From assembly GCA_964016885.1 (NCBI GenBank), contig OZ024743.1, positions 317,502,001 through 317,566,000 of the forward strand: a DNA stretch of 64,000 nucleotides, read 5' to 3'. Below the pieces are notes generated by a model. It ran no database searches. It saw only the letters and a program-made list of their open reading frames with translations, and was not told the DNA's origin. Both the position numbers and the translations under genes were made by a program. Shown piece by piece: positions 60,163 through 64,000 of the stretch (position 1 is the first letter of the stretch; every line of letters begins with the position of its first letter). This DNA is from Eledone cirrhosa (taxonomy: Eukaryota).

Positions 60163-61207
60163 ACCAGATAGAAAAATGCGTACAGCAAAAAAAAGTAATA
60201 TTTAAAAATACAGGACAAGAAACTAAAATAAAACTTTAAAAGAATAGGACAAGAAACTAAGATAAAACTTTAAAAGAATAGGACAAGAAACTAAGATAAA
60301 ACTTTAAAGAATTGTACAAGAAATAAAAAATTTTACAATAATATTAGTGGCAAAATTTTTTTATTCGTTTCCTGTGCTATGCCCCAGTATCTTCTTGATT
60401 AGTGCATAATAATTGTCATGCTCTCATTGAGCGTTGCCCCTGAGCGGCTGGTTCTGGTTGGGGTTGGTTGGCTGATCAGTTCTGCTCCTTCAGAATGACC
60501 ATTGCAAGAAGAATTGGCCGATGCAGCTGCAGGTCTCCTCCAAGAATGCACTTCTGGTCCCGCAACACCAGACGAAGATGGAGAAGACGACTGGGACAAG
60601 ATGTCGACTCTGACCACCGACTACGGCACCTCCCTCAACCACCGGTCCTCCCTCCCTCTGTCCCGTCATCCCTCCAGTCCTCCTGCTCCCCCTTCCTGTA
60701 CCAGAAAGCTGTGGCACGCATTCATCTGGACTGCCGGACTGGAACTCAAGGACAAGATGCAAGGAGAAGATGGACGGGTTGGTCAAGATCAAGGATGAGC
60801 GGGACGACAAGACCGTCCGCTGCTGCTCAAGATCTGTGCTCATGGGCCCATGGGTCCATTCACATTATGCATGACACATGAGGCGTGTCGCCGAATGATG
60901 AAATAAGGGCATGGTTATGGCCCAATTGGTGTTCAAACCAGGATCAAATGATCCCCCCGGTCTGACGACGACCTCTGAATGTGGAACCCAGAGCCTATGA
61001 ATGTGGAACTCGATTTTTTACCAATAAAAATTTTGCCACTAATATTATTGTAAAATTTTTTATTTCTTGTCCAATTCTTTAAAGTTTTATCTTAGTTTCT
61101 TGTCCTATCCTTTTAAAGTTTTATCTTAGTTTCTTGTCCTGTATTTTTAAAGGTTTATATTCCAACAATATTACTTTTTTTTGCTGTACGCATTTTTCTA
61201 TCTGGTA
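60163..61207. repeat. ~190-bp inverted arms (60163-60363 / 61023-61207) enclosing a GC-rich segment
   Basis: Arms contain ~32-bp subrepeats GGACAAGAAACTAAGATAAAACTTTAAA. Confidence 0.75.
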
Positions 61208-61251
61208 TATATATATATATATATATATACATATATATATACATATATATA

Positions 61252-61305
<54 letters not shown>

Positions 61306-61500
61306 TATATACATATATATATATATACATATATGTATACATATATATTTATACATATACATATATATATACATATATATACACATATACTTATATATAT
61401 ACATATATATATACATATATACATATACATATATATGCACATATATATATACATATATATATATACATATATATACATATATATACATATATATATATAC

Positions 61501-61531
<31 letters not shown>

Positions 61532-61705
61532 CATATACATACATATATATACATATATACATACATATATATATATACATATATATATATACATATATAT
61601 ATATACATATATATACATATATATATACATATATATATATACATATTTATATATGTATACATATATATTTATACATATACATTTATACATATACATATAT
61701 ATACA

Positions 61706-61737
<32 letters not shown>

Positions 61738-61760
61738 CATATATATACATATATATATAC

Positions 61761-61791
<31 letters not shown>

Positions 61792-61954
61792 CATATATAT
61801 ATACATATATATATACATATAAATAAAGTTATATATATATATATATATAACTTTATTGCCGCCAAGACATCAGGGGCGCCAAACGTTATGTCCGATAAGG
61901 TGTAATGGGGAGTAACATCGCCGATACAGCCCAGATCGGCCATATATATATATG

Positions 61955-62006
<52 letters not shown>

Positions 62007-62035
62007 CATATATATATACATATATATATATATAT

Positions 62036-63900
62036 AAAACACAAAATCACTGGCTCTACTGTTGGCCCTCTAATTGATGAAAATGGCACTCTTCAAGACA
62101 ATGCTAAAACCATGGGTGAGATACTGCAGAAACAATACTGCTCTGTTTTCAGCAATCCTGATATGGCCGATCTGGGCTGTATCGGCGATGTTACTCCCCA
62201 TTACACCTTATCGGACATAACGTTTGGCGCCCCTGATGTCTTGGCGGCAATAAAGGAAATCAAGCATAATTCAGCAGTAGGTCCCGATAGGTTCCCTGCT
62301 TGTGTCTTGAAGGCGTGTCAACACCAACTTGCATCTCCTCTTGCCAATCTGTGGCGGAACTCACTGGATGCTGGATATGTGCCAGAAAACCTTCTATCCC
62401 AGTCTGTTGTCCCAGTTTTCAAAAAGGGAAACAAATCCCTTGCCGTGAATTACCGTCCAATCTCACTCACCTCTCATATCATTAAGGTATTTGAGAGAGT
62501 GGTGAGATCGCGAATGACCCACTTCCTTGAGAGTAACAATATGCTGAACTCCAACCAGCATGGATTCCGTAATGGAAGGGATTGCCTGACGCAGCTACTG
62601 CATCACTTTGATGACATTTTGAGAGCCTTGGGAGAGGGTTCCAACACTGATGTTATCTACCTTGATTTCAGCAAGGCCTTTGACAGGGTTGATCATAACA
62701 TTCTACTGAGAAAGCTGTCCAATATTGGTGTCACTGGAAAGCTGCTGCAGTGGATCAAGAGCTTCCTGTCAAACAGAACCCAACATGTTGTAGTTGAGGG
62801 AGTCAAATCAAGCCCAGCCAAAGTCAGTAGTGGGGTCCCACAAGGCACTGTGTTGGGCCCACTTCTCTTCATCATCTATATTAATGACATCACTGACATC
62901 ATCAAACACAGCATCATTAAAATTTTCGCTGATGATTCCAAGCTCCAAAAGGTCATCAATGGCGTGGATGACCGGCTAAGCCTTCAGTCAGACCTACTGG
63001 CTGTTACCCAATGGGCAGAAAAGAACAACATGTTACTGAACGAAGACAAATTCGAACTGATCCACTTTGGAAAAGAGGATGCTCTGAAACTCCCGTACTC
63101 CCTTCCCTCCGGGGAAACTCTCGTGGCATCTAACAACATCAGAGACTTGGGAGTAACCGTGGACAGCAACATAAGCTGGACCACGCATATAAGCAGCAAA
63201 GTTGACATGGCCCGCAGAATGTGTTCCTGGATCCTCAGAACCTTCCAGTCGAGAGATTCCCGCACCATTATCCTTCTCTTCTCTACTTTTGCCCGACCAC
63301 ACCTTGAATACTGTTGTCCACTGTGGTCTCCCCACACGAAACAAAGTATCATGAAACTTGAAGCTCCTCAAAGGGCAATCACGAAAAAGATAGATGGCAT
63401 GTCAGACCTTGACTACTGGGGTCGATTAGAAAACCTGAAACTTTACTCACTCCAACGTCGCCGTGAGCGTTATATTATCTGCATGATGTGGAAAATGTTC
63501 CATCATCACTGCCCAAATGATGTTGGCATCGCCTTCAAGATACACCCAAGGCTTGGGCCCCGTGCTATCCGTCCCATTCAAAAATCTAAATCGCAACTCA
63601 TAACAACAATACGGCACAATTATTTCACCTCAATCGGCCCTGCTCTCTTCAACATCACACCAGGACACGTCAAAACAGAAACTGACCACACAAAATTCAA
63701 GAAGTCTTTGGACAAATTCCTCCAAGTAATCCCGGACAAACCACCCACACCCGGATATGTCTCCGCAAACAGTAATTCTCTTCTCGAATGGGCCATGGTG
63801 CCCAAATCCTGAATTGAAAGACTTCGCCAGGTGGTGCTATTAAGTTAGACATGGCCTGGGCCAATACTGGCCAAAACATTTCAAAGTTATTCAAAGTTAT
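62036..63900 (+). mobile_element. 5'-truncated CR1-group LINE with open RT frame to 63812; inverted 93-bp piece at 61851-61943
   Basis: YRPISLTS, QHGFR, YLDFSKAFD, SGVPQGTVLGP, FADDSK; (TTCAAAGTTA)2 tail then (TA)n. Confidence 0.92.
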
Positions 63901-64000
63901 ATATATGTATACATATATATTTATACATATACATATACATATATATATACACATATACATATATATATACATTTATATATATACATATATATATATATAT

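Noticed and set aside
61905-62036. N-terminus of the 635-aa ORF
   Set aside because: Made of the inverted fragment plus TA repeat; fortuitously in frame with the truncated LINE

Overview
Eukaryotic, gene-poor, AT-rich DNA made almost entirely of retroelements nested in long (TA)n microsatellites. The SINE/MITE repertoire and (TA)n load resemble an octopus/cephalopod genome (inference). Nearly all listed IYIY/THTH ORFs are microsatellite artefacts. The real coding content is: at least 8 Penelope-like element (PLE) copies (RT + GIY-YIG; several Naiad-like with YRDD and CxC-x5-C motifs), RTE and CR1 LINE fragments, SINEs, hAT/piggyBac MITEs, Helitron-like elements and one possible host exon. The main unannotated signal is a set of non-coding, head-to-tail repeated units of about 310, 476, 520-531, 548, 569 and 591 bp. 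Each unit carries a hand-folded type I hammerhead ribozyme (retrozyme-like; the 569-bp one is degenerate). Hammerheads also occur in several PLE pseudo-LTRs. Many insertions, coding or not, have a divergent (tails-out) two-arm structure with both 3' ends fused to (TA)n, suggesting priming from both ends of a break in the palindromic TA target. A near-intact PLE ORF (50843-52972) is interrupted only by one in-frame TGA, which is also present in its inverted arm. Ribozyme calls are from manual base-pairing only; no activity or database evidence is claimed.
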